From the IMG/VR virus record IMGVR_UViG_3300045988_106519, positions 51,386-115,385 of that record: 64,000 bases of DNA; one strand, 5' to 3'. The notes below the pieces were generated by a model. The model was not told the origin of the DNA and searched no databases. It saw only the letters and a list, made by a program, of their open reading frames with translations. Shown piece by piece: positions 27,653 through 38,500 of this stretch (the stretch's first letter is position 1; each line of letters opens with the position of its first letter). The translations under genes were made by a program, and so were the position numbers. This DNA is from a virus.

Positions 27653-29044
27653 ATGCCAGACTATTCATTTGTAGTTTCACCAACATTTAATCCATTCAGT
27701 ATGCAGGAAATGCTTGTACCATTTTCTGCATACAAGGATGCTTTTGAGAAGAGTGAAGAACAGTATGACACCTTAACACAAGGTGCAGATAAATTCAAGT
27801 ATCTTAGTGAGACATTGCCAGAAGGAAGTAAGGCAAGGCAAATATATGAAGGTTATGCTAATGACCTTAGAACACAGGCAGAAGACCTTGCACATAATGG
27901 TCTTACTATGGGAAATAGGAGAGCCTTGACATCCTTGAAAAGAAGATACCAGGGAGAAATGGGTAGAATACTTCAAGCAGATGAAGCTATGAGAGAAGAG
28001 AAGAAGCTAAGGCAAAGTCTTGGAACACAAGATACTTCATTGCTTTATGCTAATGATAATCTTAATATAGATGACTTCTTAGATGGTAATACTCCTAACC
28101 TATATAGGATTAGTGGTAATGAACTGTATACAAGAGGGGCAGCTGCTGGTAAGGCAGCATCATCGAGGATATTCTCAGCAGGAGATGCAGGAAGTACACT
28201 GAATGGTTATTATAGAGATTATGTGCAGAAAATGGGATATAGTCCTGAGACCATAAGAAAGTTCTATGAAGACATGTCTACAATACCAGAGTTGCAAAGA
28301 GCTGCTGATGCTATACTTGAGGAGAGAGGAGTGAATGAAAACCTCAGTGGATATAACCTCAGAAGAGCAAGGCAATCAGTTATTAATGGTATGATAGATG
28401 GAGCAGTATATCAGGAGAATCATAGTCCTCAGAGAGATTTGGGAGTGATGACACTTGCAGAGAAAACAGCTGATGCAAGGCAGAGAGAACAGATGGAACT
28501 CTCAGCAGCTTCAAATGGATTTGAAAGAGTGAATGGTAAATGGCAGTATAATCCTGATGTAGATCCATCATTAAAGAAAGCCATTGCAGTGGCAAATATA
28601 AAAGCAGAGGCTTCTGGTAAAAATGGAAATAATAGAACATCAGCTTATAATACAAGAAATAAGCAAGTGACAATGGTAGGAGCAAAGACTGGAACAAAGT
28701 ATAAAGACAGTAATGATGAAAATAGTGCTGGTACTCCTATTGATGATTTGAGTACAGCAAGAGCCTTATCTGAGCAGGAGTTTAATACTCTTGTAGATGC
28801 TAATGGTAATATTAGAAATCCATATCTTAGAAATGCAATAGGTAATGGAAATCTTTCTGACTATGAAATATATGTAATTCCTGCTGGAGCAGATGCAGAG
28901 AAACATTGGTGGAGACCAAATGAAACAACAGAAGAAGATGTGTATATAGCAATACCACGAGATTCTAAGAGAGCTGTAACAGATAATAGTGGTTCTAGTA
29001 GTACTGGAAGTTCTAGTGGAGGAGAGAATGATATACCATCTTAA
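27653..29044 (+). CDS. hypothetical virion-block protein (463 aa)
   Basis: ATG 13 nt after the upstream stop; Ser/Gly-rich C-terminus. Confidence 0.6.
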   Translation: MPDYSFVVSPTFNPFSMQEMLVPFSAYKDAFEKSEEQYDTLTQGADKFKYLSETLPEGSKARQIYEGYANDLRTQAEDLAHNGLTMGNRRALTSLKRRYQGEMGRILQADEAMREEKKLRQSLGTQDTSLLYANDNLNIDDFLDGNTPNLYRISGNELYTRGAAAGKAASSRIFSAGDAGSTLNGYYRDYVQKMGYSPETIRKFYEDMSTIPELQRAADAILEERGVNENLSGYNLRRARQSVINGMIDGAVYQENHSPQRDLGVMTLAEKTADARQREQMELSAASNGFERVNGKWQYNPDVDPSLKKAIAVANIKAEASGKNGNNRTSAYNTRNKQVTMVGAKTGTKYKDSNDENSAGTPIDDLSTARALSEQEFNTLVDANGNIRNPYLRNAIGNGNLSDYEIYVIPAGADAEKHWWRPNETTEEDVYIAIPRDSKRAVTDNSGSSSTGSSSGGENDIPS

Positions 29045-29052
29045 TATATTTA

Positions 29053-29080
29053 GGGGCAGATTATTTTCTGCCCCTTTTTA
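29053..29080. terminator. bidirectional rho-independent terminator
   Basis: GGGGCAG/CTGCCCC stem followed by TTTTT. Lies between convergent genes. Confidence 0.7.
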
Positions 29081-29086
29081 TAAAGA

Positions 29087-29626
29087 TTAAAGACCTAAGT
29101 CAACAGTTTTCCATTCATTAATGTCTTTATCATAAAGATAAAGTTTATTATTAGACATCTTACCTATTTTTAAATTATTTTTTCTTGCTGATATTTCAGA
29201 AGGAGTAAGTTCTCCAAGTTGAGACAGAAACTTTACAGAAGTTTCTTTACCAGAATTATCTATGAATATACATAGTTTAAAAGGCTCTCCAGTTGAATTA
29301 TTAGTGTAACTTCTTACTTGCATTTTTGGACCATACTTTCTTGCAAAATCAAGAAGTGACCATGACTGAATAAACAAAGAAGGTTGTTCAGTTGTTCCTA
29401 CATCATCAATACTAGTACCTTTATGATAGTATCTCCAAATGAGATAAACTACACATCCTAATATTAATGGGATTGTTACTAACCACCCAATAAACGGTTC
29501 CCAAAAATGATGGCCTCTTTCACCTGCGATAGCAATTAATACAATACTTGCATAAATGCTATATCCAATAATGTAAGGTAAATACTTTTTCATAATCAAT
29601 CTTTTATTATCAAATTTTTTATACAT
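29087..29626 (-). CDS. two-TM membrane protein with C-terminal domain X, copy 2 (179 aa)
   Basis: Two hydrophobic helices (YIIGYSIYASIVLIAIAG; WLVTIPLILGCVVYLIW), then QSWSLLDFARKYGPKMQV...VKFLSQLGELTPSEI...WKTVDLGL-end. Confidence 0.7.
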   Translation of the reverse strand: MYKKFDNKRLIMKKYLPYIIGYSIYASIVLIAIAGERGHHFWEPFIGWLVTIPLILGCVVYLIWRYYHKGTSIDDVGTTEQPSLFIQSWSLLDFARKYGPKMQVRSYTNNSTGEPFKLCIFIDNSGKETSVKFLSQLGELTPSEISARKNNLKIGKMSNNKLYLYDKDINEWKTVDLGL

Positions 29627-30398
29627 CTACATCTTTCCAAGCTTTTCTTCTTCCCTTTATCAGACTATAATGTCCTGCCTTTGACTTGATAACAGCCAAG
29701 TCCTCCTTCATATCTGCTATCTCTCTTTCAGTAAGTACACCTAATTTTGAAGAGAATGCTACAAATGTCTTGGTTCCATTTTCTTGTGTGAATACACAAC
29801 TCTTGAATTTCTCACCTGTGTCATGATTAGTAAATTCTCCTACTTGCATCCTCGGGCCAAACTCTTTTATAAAGGTAATCAAGCTCCATGTGTTAGAAGA
29901 ATGTCTATCATTTTTCTTGGAGTCGGAGGAAACATGGGAATTTTTATAGGATGATATTGACTTAAACTCCTCTTCTGTCATTTCCTTATAAACATTATAT
30001 TTCTTGAATATCTTTATAACCTCTGACTTTAGCTCTTCTTGAGTAAGAAGGTTCAGCTTTGAATTAACCTCAATATCCCATCTTAAAGCAGCACCTATTG
30101 AAGCCAATATCTGTGTATCATTTGACCTAAGCATGAATCTCCACATTCCACATATAACAGAAAGGAAGTCAATATAATTAGGAGCTATACCTTTATTTGC
30201 TGATTTCTTTAGGAGCCTTTCTATTTTTGAAGAAGACACAACAATTCTCATTACATCCCTTGCATTGTTTCTACTATGGTCTTGGTAATAGAATCTATCA
30301 AGAAAATGATTTCTTATTTCATAAAGATCTAATGAACAGTTCTTGTATAAGTCATATAATGAGTACTGCATGATACATAGTTTTTTCATATAACGCAT
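29619..30398 (-). CDS. two-domain protein with C-terminal domain X, copy 3 (259 aa)
   Basis: The C-terminus NTWSLITFIKEFGPRMQVGEFTNHDTGEKFKSCVFT...TFVAFSSKLGVLTEREIA...WKDVDV-end is close to 560..889. Confidence 0.7.
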   Translation of the reverse strand: MRYMKKLCIMQYSLYDLYKNCSLDLYEIRNHFLDRFYYQDHSRNNARDVMRIVVSSSKIERLLKKSANKGIAPNYIDFLSVICGMWRFMLRSNDTQILASIGAALRWDIEVNSKLNLLTQEELKSEVIKIFKKYNVYKEMTEEEFKSISSYKNSHVSSDSKKNDRHSSNTWSLITFIKEFGPRMQVGEFTNHDTGEKFKSCVFTQENGTKTFVAFSSKLGVLTEREIADMKEDLAVIKSKAGHYSLIKGRRKAWKDVDV

Positions 30399-30488
30399 GA
30401 TTACTTGATTTATTATATTGCAGTTAGTAAAAAAGGTACACTTTTTAAGTATTTTATTTAAGCTATTCTTACACTAATCCTTAATGCC

Positions 30489-30496
30489 TACCTTTG
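30489..30496 (+). promoter_or_regulatory. -7 box TACCTTTG
   Basis: 33 nt upstream of the ATG at 30530. Confidence 0.45.
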
Positions 30497-30529
30497 TACA
30501 TATAGATTAATTGAATAATAGATAATATA

Positions 30530-31375
30530 ATGTTAGACAAAATTTCTACACTAATACAGTCCTTTGCTGATTTTCTTGGAGGATTTAGCAAATTGAATGA
30601 TGTCAAAGATCATTCAGTGACTGTGTTCTTTAAAATCATTCTTTGCACCCTTGGTGCTCTTTTCTTTGGTAAGTTGTTTCTACGTGATGACCTTTATGAC
30701 TGGGTTGTCACTATAGCCTTGAAACCTAATCCTATTACTATTGCTATTGTTGTTGGGCTTGGAATGCTTGTCTATTCTGTGTATGCACAGAGAAGAATAA
30801 TGACAGCAGTAACAAGTGCTATTCAGCAACAGAAGAAACAAGACAAGCTTAAGAATAAAGAGTGCTATGCACAGACTTCAAGGATAGAAGAAGAAGCTAA
30901 TGCTCTTACCAATCATCTTAGAAAGTCACTCAATTGTGATATAGTGACTATAGAGCTTATGCATAATACAGAGAAATATATTGGAGGTTATCATAAGAGG
31001 TTCTATGATGAAAGTTTTCCATCAATTAATACTGCTGAGGGAATCACCTTTAACTATAAAGACTTCCAATGTATCCCTACCAATATATTCCCTATTATAG
31101 GACATATACTGAAGACTAAGTTTAAGTGGTTTACTTCTATGGATGAAGTAGCAAAGATTGATTCTGGCTATGCACATATTCTCAAGGAAACTAATTGTAC
31201 TGCCCTTGGTATGAGAGCTATGAAGACTTCAAAGAATGAAGATCTTGGAATACTAACAGTAACATGGAGGAAAGGACATGAAGACAGGATTCCTGATATA
31301 GACATAATACAGGATATGATGACTGAGGTTGCTTCTAAACTTGAGGTTCTGTTGGATATGTCAGCTTATGAGTAA
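30530..31375 (+). CDS. two-TM membrane protein with ~170-aa soluble C-terminal domain (281 aa)
   Basis: Hydrophobic helices at roughly aa 30-50 and 65-85. The C-terminal domain is of unknown fold; a GAF-like guess is unsupported. Confidence 0.55.
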   Translation: MLDKISTLIQSFADFLGGFSKLNDVKDHSVTVFFKIILCTLGALFFGKLFLRDDLYDWVVTIALKPNPITIAIVVGLGMLVYSVYAQRRIMTAVTSAIQQQKKQDKLKNKECYAQTSRIEEEANALTNHLRKSLNCDIVTIELMHNTEKYIGGYHKRFYDESFPSINTAEGITFNYKDFQCIPTNIFPIIGHILKTKFKWFTSMDEVAKIDSGYAHILKETNCTALGMRAMKTSKNEDLGILTVTWRKGHEDRIPDIDIIQDMMTEVASKLEVLLDMSAYE

Positions 31376-31411
31376 ATTTTAATAAAATATTTATTATAAA
31401 GTATTTATATT

Positions 31412-34400
31412 ATGAGTAATAATAGTTCATGTATTTTATATCCTGATGCTCCTAATGGAGAAGAGTCAAGATTGTATAAAAAGTTATTAAAGAAACTTCC
31501 AGACCGTCCACTTACTAATTGGTTCTATGCTTACTATAATATGCCTACATCAGATATAGCAAACAAAATGGACCAAGCAGGCTATCAGAGAAATAGTCAA
31601 GGGCAACATAATGCAGAGGATTTATTGAAGTTTCTCGACTATGGAACTATGGAAGCTGAGATAGCAAACCTCTCTTCTGCTGAAATACAGCTTGGAGCTG
31701 TAGATACAAATGGTAAAAGAGTAGACTTTACCAATGCTGAAGATGCTTTAAGAAAAGCAGATGACTTTAACAACACTCATAAAGGACTTGTTGCTACTGT
31801 TGTTCAATATGGTGATGTTTATAATATTATTGTTGCAGAAAAGAACTCAAGAACTCATACTTATGCAGATACAATTAAGGATAATCTTAAAGCATGGGAT
31901 ATTTATAAACAAGTGTTTAATGCTGTAGGTGTTGACATTACTTCTGTGCCTCAAGAAATACAAAGTGTGTTCAATCCTCTTAATGATGGGTTAGCTAAGT
32001 ATCTAAAAAGTGTAAGTAAACTAAACATTACTAATATTTATAAAAGAGATGCCTTGCTTCTTTTTTCACTGAATCCAAACTCTCGTCATATACAGAATTT
32101 GATTAATGCTTTTGGTTCTATTGAAGATGCTGCACAAGCTCTTGATGACTTTAATCATGGTTCTATTAATCTATCTAATCCCCAACAAACACTATTATTA
32201 AGAGCTGTAAACGATGCTCAAAAATTTCAAGGAATAGATTTGGATGCACTTATTACTCAGATAAAAGGAATATGGGTTAATACTGCTGCATATAGTGTAG
32301 AACAAGATATTAAGCAAGAAATTCGTAGCCTTGATAAGAAGTATAATATAGAGGTCAATGAAATTCATAGAGCCACTAAGAAAATCAAAACCCTTTCTGA
32401 CGCTGCTGCTGATGCTGTTGTCACTCTTCAAAGACAGATTAGACAATTAGAGAAAGAGAAAGGTAACAATTCTGAAGGTAGAAGACTTGAAATAATACTT
32501 AATAGGTTGATGAAAGAGCTTGCTTGTAAGAAGTATTGTTCAGGTGTACTTAACTTCCTGGGAGAAGCTTCTGTACAGATTTCAAATATTGACAATATGC
32601 TTCAGAATATTCCTCAAACAGGTACTGAACTTGAAAAGGCTTTTGGTACAGCTAAGATTCTACAAGACATAAAATCTCTTAAAGACCAATACTATACTTT
32701 GGTTTCTGCACTTGCGGATGAAAATTTGATTATTGATGAGTCTATCAGTCAGAATGACATTAATAATATTAGAATGTCTGCCAAGGATTTGAAGGATTTT
32801 TTTGATAAAAAGGATAAAGCAATAGATGATCTTACTGAAGGTACTATGATTAATCTTATGTTACAGATAGTGGGTAATACAGCCCCAGATGGCCAATCTA
32901 TCATTAATGCAGTTAGAATGGCAGCTGCTGATTCTTCTTATATGAATTATCTGTATAGTATGGGCAGAGCCTCAAACCCAGTAGTTGCAGCTGCTGGTTC
33001 TATCATTCATAATGCCCAAGACTCTCGTGATAAGAAGATAAATGACATCTCTCTTAGAATACGCAGGGCTACAGACAAACTTTATAAAGCAGGTTTCAAT
33101 TCAGAGTTTATGTATGAAGATGAAGAACATATTGCAAGTGATATTGATTGGGAACTCTATAAGGCTACAAGACAAGCTAAAATAAAATCTTTCTATGCTC
33201 AGAATCTTCGTGGATTTGATTTAAAACAGGCTATTGAAGATTGGGAAGACCAAAATACTGAAGAGCGTGTAGTTGATAAAACCAATGGAAGAACAGAAAG
33301 AGTTCCAAATAGTAATTACCGTAAGCAAGATAATTTCCAAAAAGATTGGTCTCCTGAGCAAATAGAGTATTATGATACTATGATGCAGCTTAAGGGAGAG
33401 ATAGGTTCTCTGCTTCCTACTTATGCTCAGCATCAATATCTTCCTCCTCAGGTTAGACGAAAATTTCTTGATGCTATGAATAATGCTAAAAGTATTAAAG
33501 ATGTGGGCAAGGCAATTAAAGATAAGATACAAAACCTTTATAAAGTGAGAGAAGATGATGAGAACTATAATACAAATGGTATTATTGATGGTGATGAGTA
33601 TTCTATTACACATGGAGCATTTGACAATACACCTCTTAGACAGATACCTATATTCTTTATTAATAAGGTAGAGCAAGGTGAACTTTTGAGAAACTTCTCT
33701 TCAGGTATACAAGCACTTGCTGGTACAGCAGTAAACTATGACACTATGAGTCAGGTTGCAGATGTAGTGGAGTTTATTGGTAATTTCATAAAAACACAGG
33801 AAGGTAAGGATAATAAATCACAAGCTGATATAGTACAGAATGGTGAGATACGAGTATTTAAAGACCTTTGGAAAAGAGCTGTAAATACCAATACTCAATC
33901 CATTATTGAAGGCTTTATCTCTCAGCATATCTATGGACAGTCAAGAGACCCTAATGAGAATAAAACATGGTCAAAGATATTTGGTAATATAGTTGCTTAT
34001 TCTTCATTTAAAGGTCTTGCAACAAATGTTAAGGGTGCTGTTGCCAACTATCTGATGGGTGAGTTTCAAATGCTTATTGAAGCAGGTGCTGGTGAGTTCT
34101 ATGGCTTTAAAGATTATGCCTGGGCACATACTAAACTGTTTGGTAATACAGGTGTTAAAGGAGAGTTTGCAGAACTTCTTACTAATAATATCAATCATAA
34201 GAGTGTTCTTATGAGAGAGCTATTTGATCCTCTGCAAGAGAATTTCTCTCAGAAGAGCCATACAAAGTACTATACAAGCATGTTTAGACAACTTGTTTCT
34301 CATGACTGTTCATTTATAGGCTACTCCTCTGGTGAGTATCTTATTCATTATGTCAATATGTATGCTCTTCTTCATAATCAGAAGGTATTGCTTAATGGTA

Positions 34401-35308
34401 AGAAGATAAGCTTATATGATGCCTTTGAGGTCAAAGACAAGCAGGATGGTAACTCAGAACTACACTTGAAAACAGGAGTCACAGACCTTGATGGTAATGT
34501 CATTACTGATGACTTTATTGATAAAATAAGAAAGAAGCTGAGATATGTAAACCAGTCTACACATGGAGCAATGAATGATGAGGATAAAGGTATTCTTCAT
34601 CAGAAATGGTGGGGACGTGGTATAATGAACTTTCGTCAGTGGATGGTAGAACATTATTCACGAAGATGGAGAGCACGTCATTTTGATGCTTCTCTTGGTA
34701 TGGATAGGGAAGGTTATTGGGTAAGTCTTTGGAAAGGGCTTGCCAATGATGATACTAAGGACATTTGGAATAGAAAGCAACATGCAAAAGCTATAGGTAT
34801 GTTTATGAAAGATTTCTATACTTTTATGCTCAGGTCAGAAGCACAATGGCATAATCTTGATGAAATGCAGAGATATAATATCAAGAGAGTCAGAACTGAA
34901 ATGTTGATGTTTGCTTGTCTGTTGGGACTTAGTTTTACTCTTGGAGCACCAGAAGACCATAAGAAAGAAGCTTGGCGTAGATTTTGGATTTACCAAACTA
35001 AGAGAGCACTGCTTGATACAGAAGCTTCAATGCCTGTACCACAAGCAGCTTCAAGTATTCTTACTACAATCAATTCTCCAATGGCATCTTTAAATACTAT
35101 AAATGGTTTCTTTTATGCTTTTTATGGTCTTGGTAATGGAGATGTATTTACTGAAATTAAGTCTGGGGACCATAAGGGTGAAAATAAATATGTAAGAAAC
35201 ATGCTTAAGTATGTTTTCCCTTTCTTTAAAGATTGGGAACAAATGCAGAAAATGGATGAGGATGATGCTATTTTCAAAGTATTTGAAAATTCACCGAGTA
35301 ATCATTAA
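31412..35308 (+). CDS. very large hypothetical virion/ejection protein (1298 aa)
   Basis: Long ATG ORF with a hydrophobic segment near the C-terminus (MLMFACLLGLSFTLGA). Codon usage is T-ending. Confidence 0.45.
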   Translation: MSNNSSCILYPDAPNGEESRLYKKLLKKLPDRPLTNWFYAYYNMPTSDIANKMDQAGYQRNSQGQHNAEDLLKFLDYGTMEAEIANLSSAEIQLGAVDTNGKRVDFTNAEDALRKADDFNNTHKGLVATVVQYGDVYNIIVAEKNSRTHTYADTIKDNLKAWDIYKQVFNAVGVDITSVPQEIQSVFNPLNDGLAKYLKSVSKLNITNIYKRDALLLFSLNPNSRHIQNLINAFGSIEDAAQALDDFNHGSINLSNPQQTLLLRAVNDAQKFQGIDLDALITQIKGIWVNTAAYSVEQDIKQEIRSLDKKYNIEVNEIHRATKKIKTLSDAAADAVVTLQRQIRQLEKEKGNNSEGRRLEIILNRLMKELACKKYCSGVLNFLGEASVQISNIDNMLQNIPQTGTELEKAFGTAKILQDIKSLKDQYYTLVSALADENLIIDESISQNDINNIRMSAKDLKDFFDKKDKAIDDLTEGTMINLMLQIVGNTAPDGQSIINAVRMAAADSSYMNYLYSMGRASNPVVAAAGSIIHNAQDSRDKKINDISLRIRRATDKLYKAGFNSEFMYEDEEHIASDIDWELYKATRQAKIKSFYAQNLRGFDLKQAIEDWEDQNTEERVVDKTNGRTERVPNSNYRKQDNFQKDWSPEQIEYYDTMMQLKGEIGSLLPTYAQHQYLPPQVRRKFLDAMNNAKSIKDVGKAIKDKIQNLYKVREDDENYNTNGIIDGDEYSITHGAFDNTPLRQIPIFFINKVEQGELLRNFSSGIQALAGTAVNYDTMSQVADVVEFIGNFIKTQEGKDNKSQADIVQNGEIRVFKDLWKRAVNTNTQSIIEGFISQHIYGQSRDPNENKTWSKIFGNIVAYSSFKGLATNVKGAVANYLMGEFQMLIEAGAGEFYGFKDYAWAHTKLFGNTGVKGEFAELLTNNINHKSVLMRELFDPLQENFSQKSHTKYYTSMFRQLVSHDCSFIGYSSGEYLIHYVNMYALLHNQKVLLNGKKISLYDAFEVKDKQDGNSELHLKTGVTDLDGNVITDDFIDKIRKKLRYVNQSTHGAMNDEDKGILHQKWWGRGIMNFRQWMVEHYSRRWRARHFDASLGMDREGYWVSLWKGLANDDTKDIWNRKQHAKAIGMFMKDFYTFMLRSEAQWHNLDEMQRYNIKRVRTEMLMFACLLGLSFTLGAPEDHKKEAWRRFWIYQTKRALLDTEASMPVPQAASSILTTINSPMASLNTINGFFYAFYGLGNGDVFTEIKSGDHKGENKYVRNMLKYVFPFFKDWEQMQKMDEDDAIFKVFENSPSNH

Positions 35309-35317
35309 CAATATGGT

Positions 35318-35350
35318 AAGGAGTGATACTATTAAGGTGTCACTCCTTTA
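35318..35350 (+). terminator. hairpin terminator candidate
   Basis: AAGGAGTGATA/TGTCACTCCTT (one wobble); weak U-run. Confidence 0.45.
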
Positions 35351-35472
35351 TAGTATAAGTCTATATGAGCTTTAAATAATAAGATATGTAAGATAAGAAA
35401 ATAGAACTTAATAATATAATTAATAAAGATAATGAAAACACTAAACAACATCGAGACATCTAAGTAGTTTAT

Positions 35473-35480
35473 TAAATTTG
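35473..35480 (+). promoter_or_regulatory. -7 box TAAATTTG
   Basis: 25 nt upstream of the ATG at 35506. Confidence 0.45.
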
Positions 35481-35505
35481 CATATATAACTAAAATAAAA
35501 AGAAT

Positions 35506-38500
35506 ATGCCAATAAATAAGCCACAAGGATTGAAAGGACTGCAAGGATTAGGTGGTCTTTCTAAAACACAATATGATAGTTTTATAGAGAAGAACAGAAA
35601 CTTGATTTCACAGCATGGATATGATCCTACATATATTAATAATTTGTATTCAAATAAACAGTTTATAGATAGGTATGGTGTTGAGAAGTTTAAAGCTATG
35701 CCTAATATAGATATGCGTAATGCTATGTATAAGGACGATGTAGTAAATACAGAGTTTAGTAGGTTATATAGTCCATTTGATGTAGATGGTGTAAGAAACA
35801 ATAATAGAGGACTTGGAGCTGATTTTGAGAAATATAATCAACTCTCAACAGATGCTAAGTTAAAACTAATGGAGAGTAATTACTTGACTCCAAATGAGTT
35901 TAATAATAAATGGGAGAGGCATATAAAGGAAATTAATGATAGGGGTAAAGTACTTGGACAAAGTAGAGCAGGTGCATTTATGCCTTTAAGTGCAGTACTT
36001 AATGCTCCTGCTGCTGAGAGTTCTACAGGTAGTGCAAGCGTAGATTTTTTAAGAGGTATTTCAGGTGATGAAGCAGGAAGGAAATTAGCACTGGATAAGA
36101 ATAACAGGATACTTGAGAAAATATACAATGATGATGTAGACAATGCTGCAAGCAAGTTTGCATCACAGGTAGCTGATGCCTATTATGGTTCAGAGATTGC
36201 AACAATGAGTGACACTCAAGTAAAGAAAGCTTTTGTACAAGCCATCAATGGTAATCCAAGGAAGGGAGACTTAGGTATTCCAGAGTTAGCATCACATTAT
36301 GGAAATGGTACTGAAAATCAAATAACGTCAGAGATGCAAGACTTTAGTATTGATGATATGAGACAAGTGCTTGCAAAGAAGAGAGTCTATGATGCCTATA
36401 TGTCACCAGATATGGCAATGACAGCATTGAATAATGATGCGAAAAGATATATTAGAGATCATCAAGGAAGTGTAAAGAGATTTGGATTGTTCCTAAAAGA
36501 TGTAGGCATCTCTTCAATGAGCTACACAGCAGATAAACTGAATGGTATAGCAGAGATTTACAGAATGGGACAAGATGCTTGGGCAGAGAAACCCATTGTA
36601 ATGGTAGATGATAAAGGAAATATTCTTGACCCTAAGAAGATAAAAGTTATAAGTGACAAGCAGGGAAGATTGCATTATCAAGACAAAGATGGACAACTAC
36701 ATTCAGTACATCAAGAGCAAGTAGACTATACTACATTACATAATATGGGAAAGAATCCTGATGGTAGTGATATAGAGGGAGCTTTTGGTGTAGATTGGAT
36801 GACACTGAATCCACAATATTGGACAAGGGCAGAGCAGTATGGAACCCTTGATGATAATGAGCAAAAGCAATATGAGAAGTTAGGAAGCAGCCCTTATAAG
36901 GTAGCATATAATCCTAATGAAGACAGTGATATAATGTATGAGGCATTTAAGATGATGAGCTTTGGTATTGCAGATGCAGCATCACAACTTATACCTTATG
37001 GTGTAGGAATATTAGGAAAATCATTAAGTACAGCAAGTAAGGTAGGAAAAGTTGCAAGAGGCTTTGGTAAAGTACTTGACACTACTGGAAAAATGCTTAC
37101 AGCAGAGACAAAGATAGGACAAGTAACACAGGGTACAGCAGGTGCTCTTGGTATTGCTTATGCTTATGGTAGAGGAGCATTTCAAGAGACACTGCAACAA
37201 AATCTTGCAAATGCAGAGGAAGCAGCACAAACAGCAAGTAGGAATGACATCTATAATCAATATAATAGTGACAAAGACTATAAGGCAGGAGTAGATAAAC
37301 TTATCAATGCAAGAGCTGCAAGTATGAAGGCTGACTATTTAGCTAAAATTCAGAAAGACAGCAACATGAAAGTAATAGATAAGAATACCCTTGACAAGAT
37401 GATTCATGCAAGGGCACAGGAAGCTGTGCTTGGAGAATTGGTGCAAAATAGAATAAAGGAAAGAATGGCATCAAAGGAATATGCAGATTTACAACAGAAA
37501 GCCATTGATGGTGCAGGAGATGCAGCTTTCAACTCATTTTTAACAGAAGGAATAAAGTATGGATTTGTAAATAACTTTGGATATAGGAAATACTTATATA
37601 CCAATCCTGCTGGACTGTCAAAGAAAGTATCTTCTACATTTAAGGGATTAGAAGAAATTACAACAAAAGAAGGCAGGCAGAGATTGACAGCAGGAGCAAG
37701 TAAGTTTCTTACAAGAGATCAGAAGCTGAAGGAGTTTGGTAAGACATTAGGTTCACAAGCATGGGGAGGAGCATGGACTAATGGCACTGATGATATGCAA
37801 GTAGATGCAGCAGAAAGAATCAATGAGGATAGCTTTAAGAGATATCTTGATGCCTATCAGAATGGAGAAGCCATAGCAGATATTTATGGTTTTGCAGATG
37901 GACTATATTCATATATGAAAGGACTAAGTAACTCAATGGGTCAAGAGACAACATGGAATGCAGCATTGGTTGGAGGTCTAGGAAGTATAGTGAATTTCAC
38001 TCCTAACTTTGCTAATATAGCAAGGCTTGCTACAAAGGAAGGTAGAGAAGCTTACAATAATAACTTTACAAGAAGAATTGTAAGAGATGAGAATGGAATA
38101 CCAGTGAAGAATGAAGATGGTTCCATTAAATATGAAGACCTTAAAAGAACAGATAACTGGAGAGAAAGAGCAAACTATTTCATTCAGAATGGTGTGCTAA
38201 ATACCTATTATGGAAAGAAACAGAGTGAAAGAGACTTACAAAGTCATGCAGACTATGTTAATGACTTATTGGACAGTTATAATGACTTTAAGGATATAGA
38301 GGGACTTGTAGCATCAAATGGGGCTTCAGAAAATTTAGAGAGTCAGGGAGATGCAAAGACATTACAGTTTATAAAAGCACTTCATTCTATTAATGCTCTG
38401 AATAGGTTAGGAGAGAACTCTAATGACCCAACTACATTATCATCGGTAGTACAGAATGCAAAAAACTTCATTGCTAAGGCTTCACAGCTTAATGATGAGA

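Noticed and set aside
30416-30426. An 11-nt match TAACTGCAATA between 4561-4571 and the complement of 30416-30426, considered as a shared operator.
   Set aside because: Many 11-mer matches are expected by chance in 64 kb of AT-rich DNA on two strands. The orientation relative to the downstream genes also differs.
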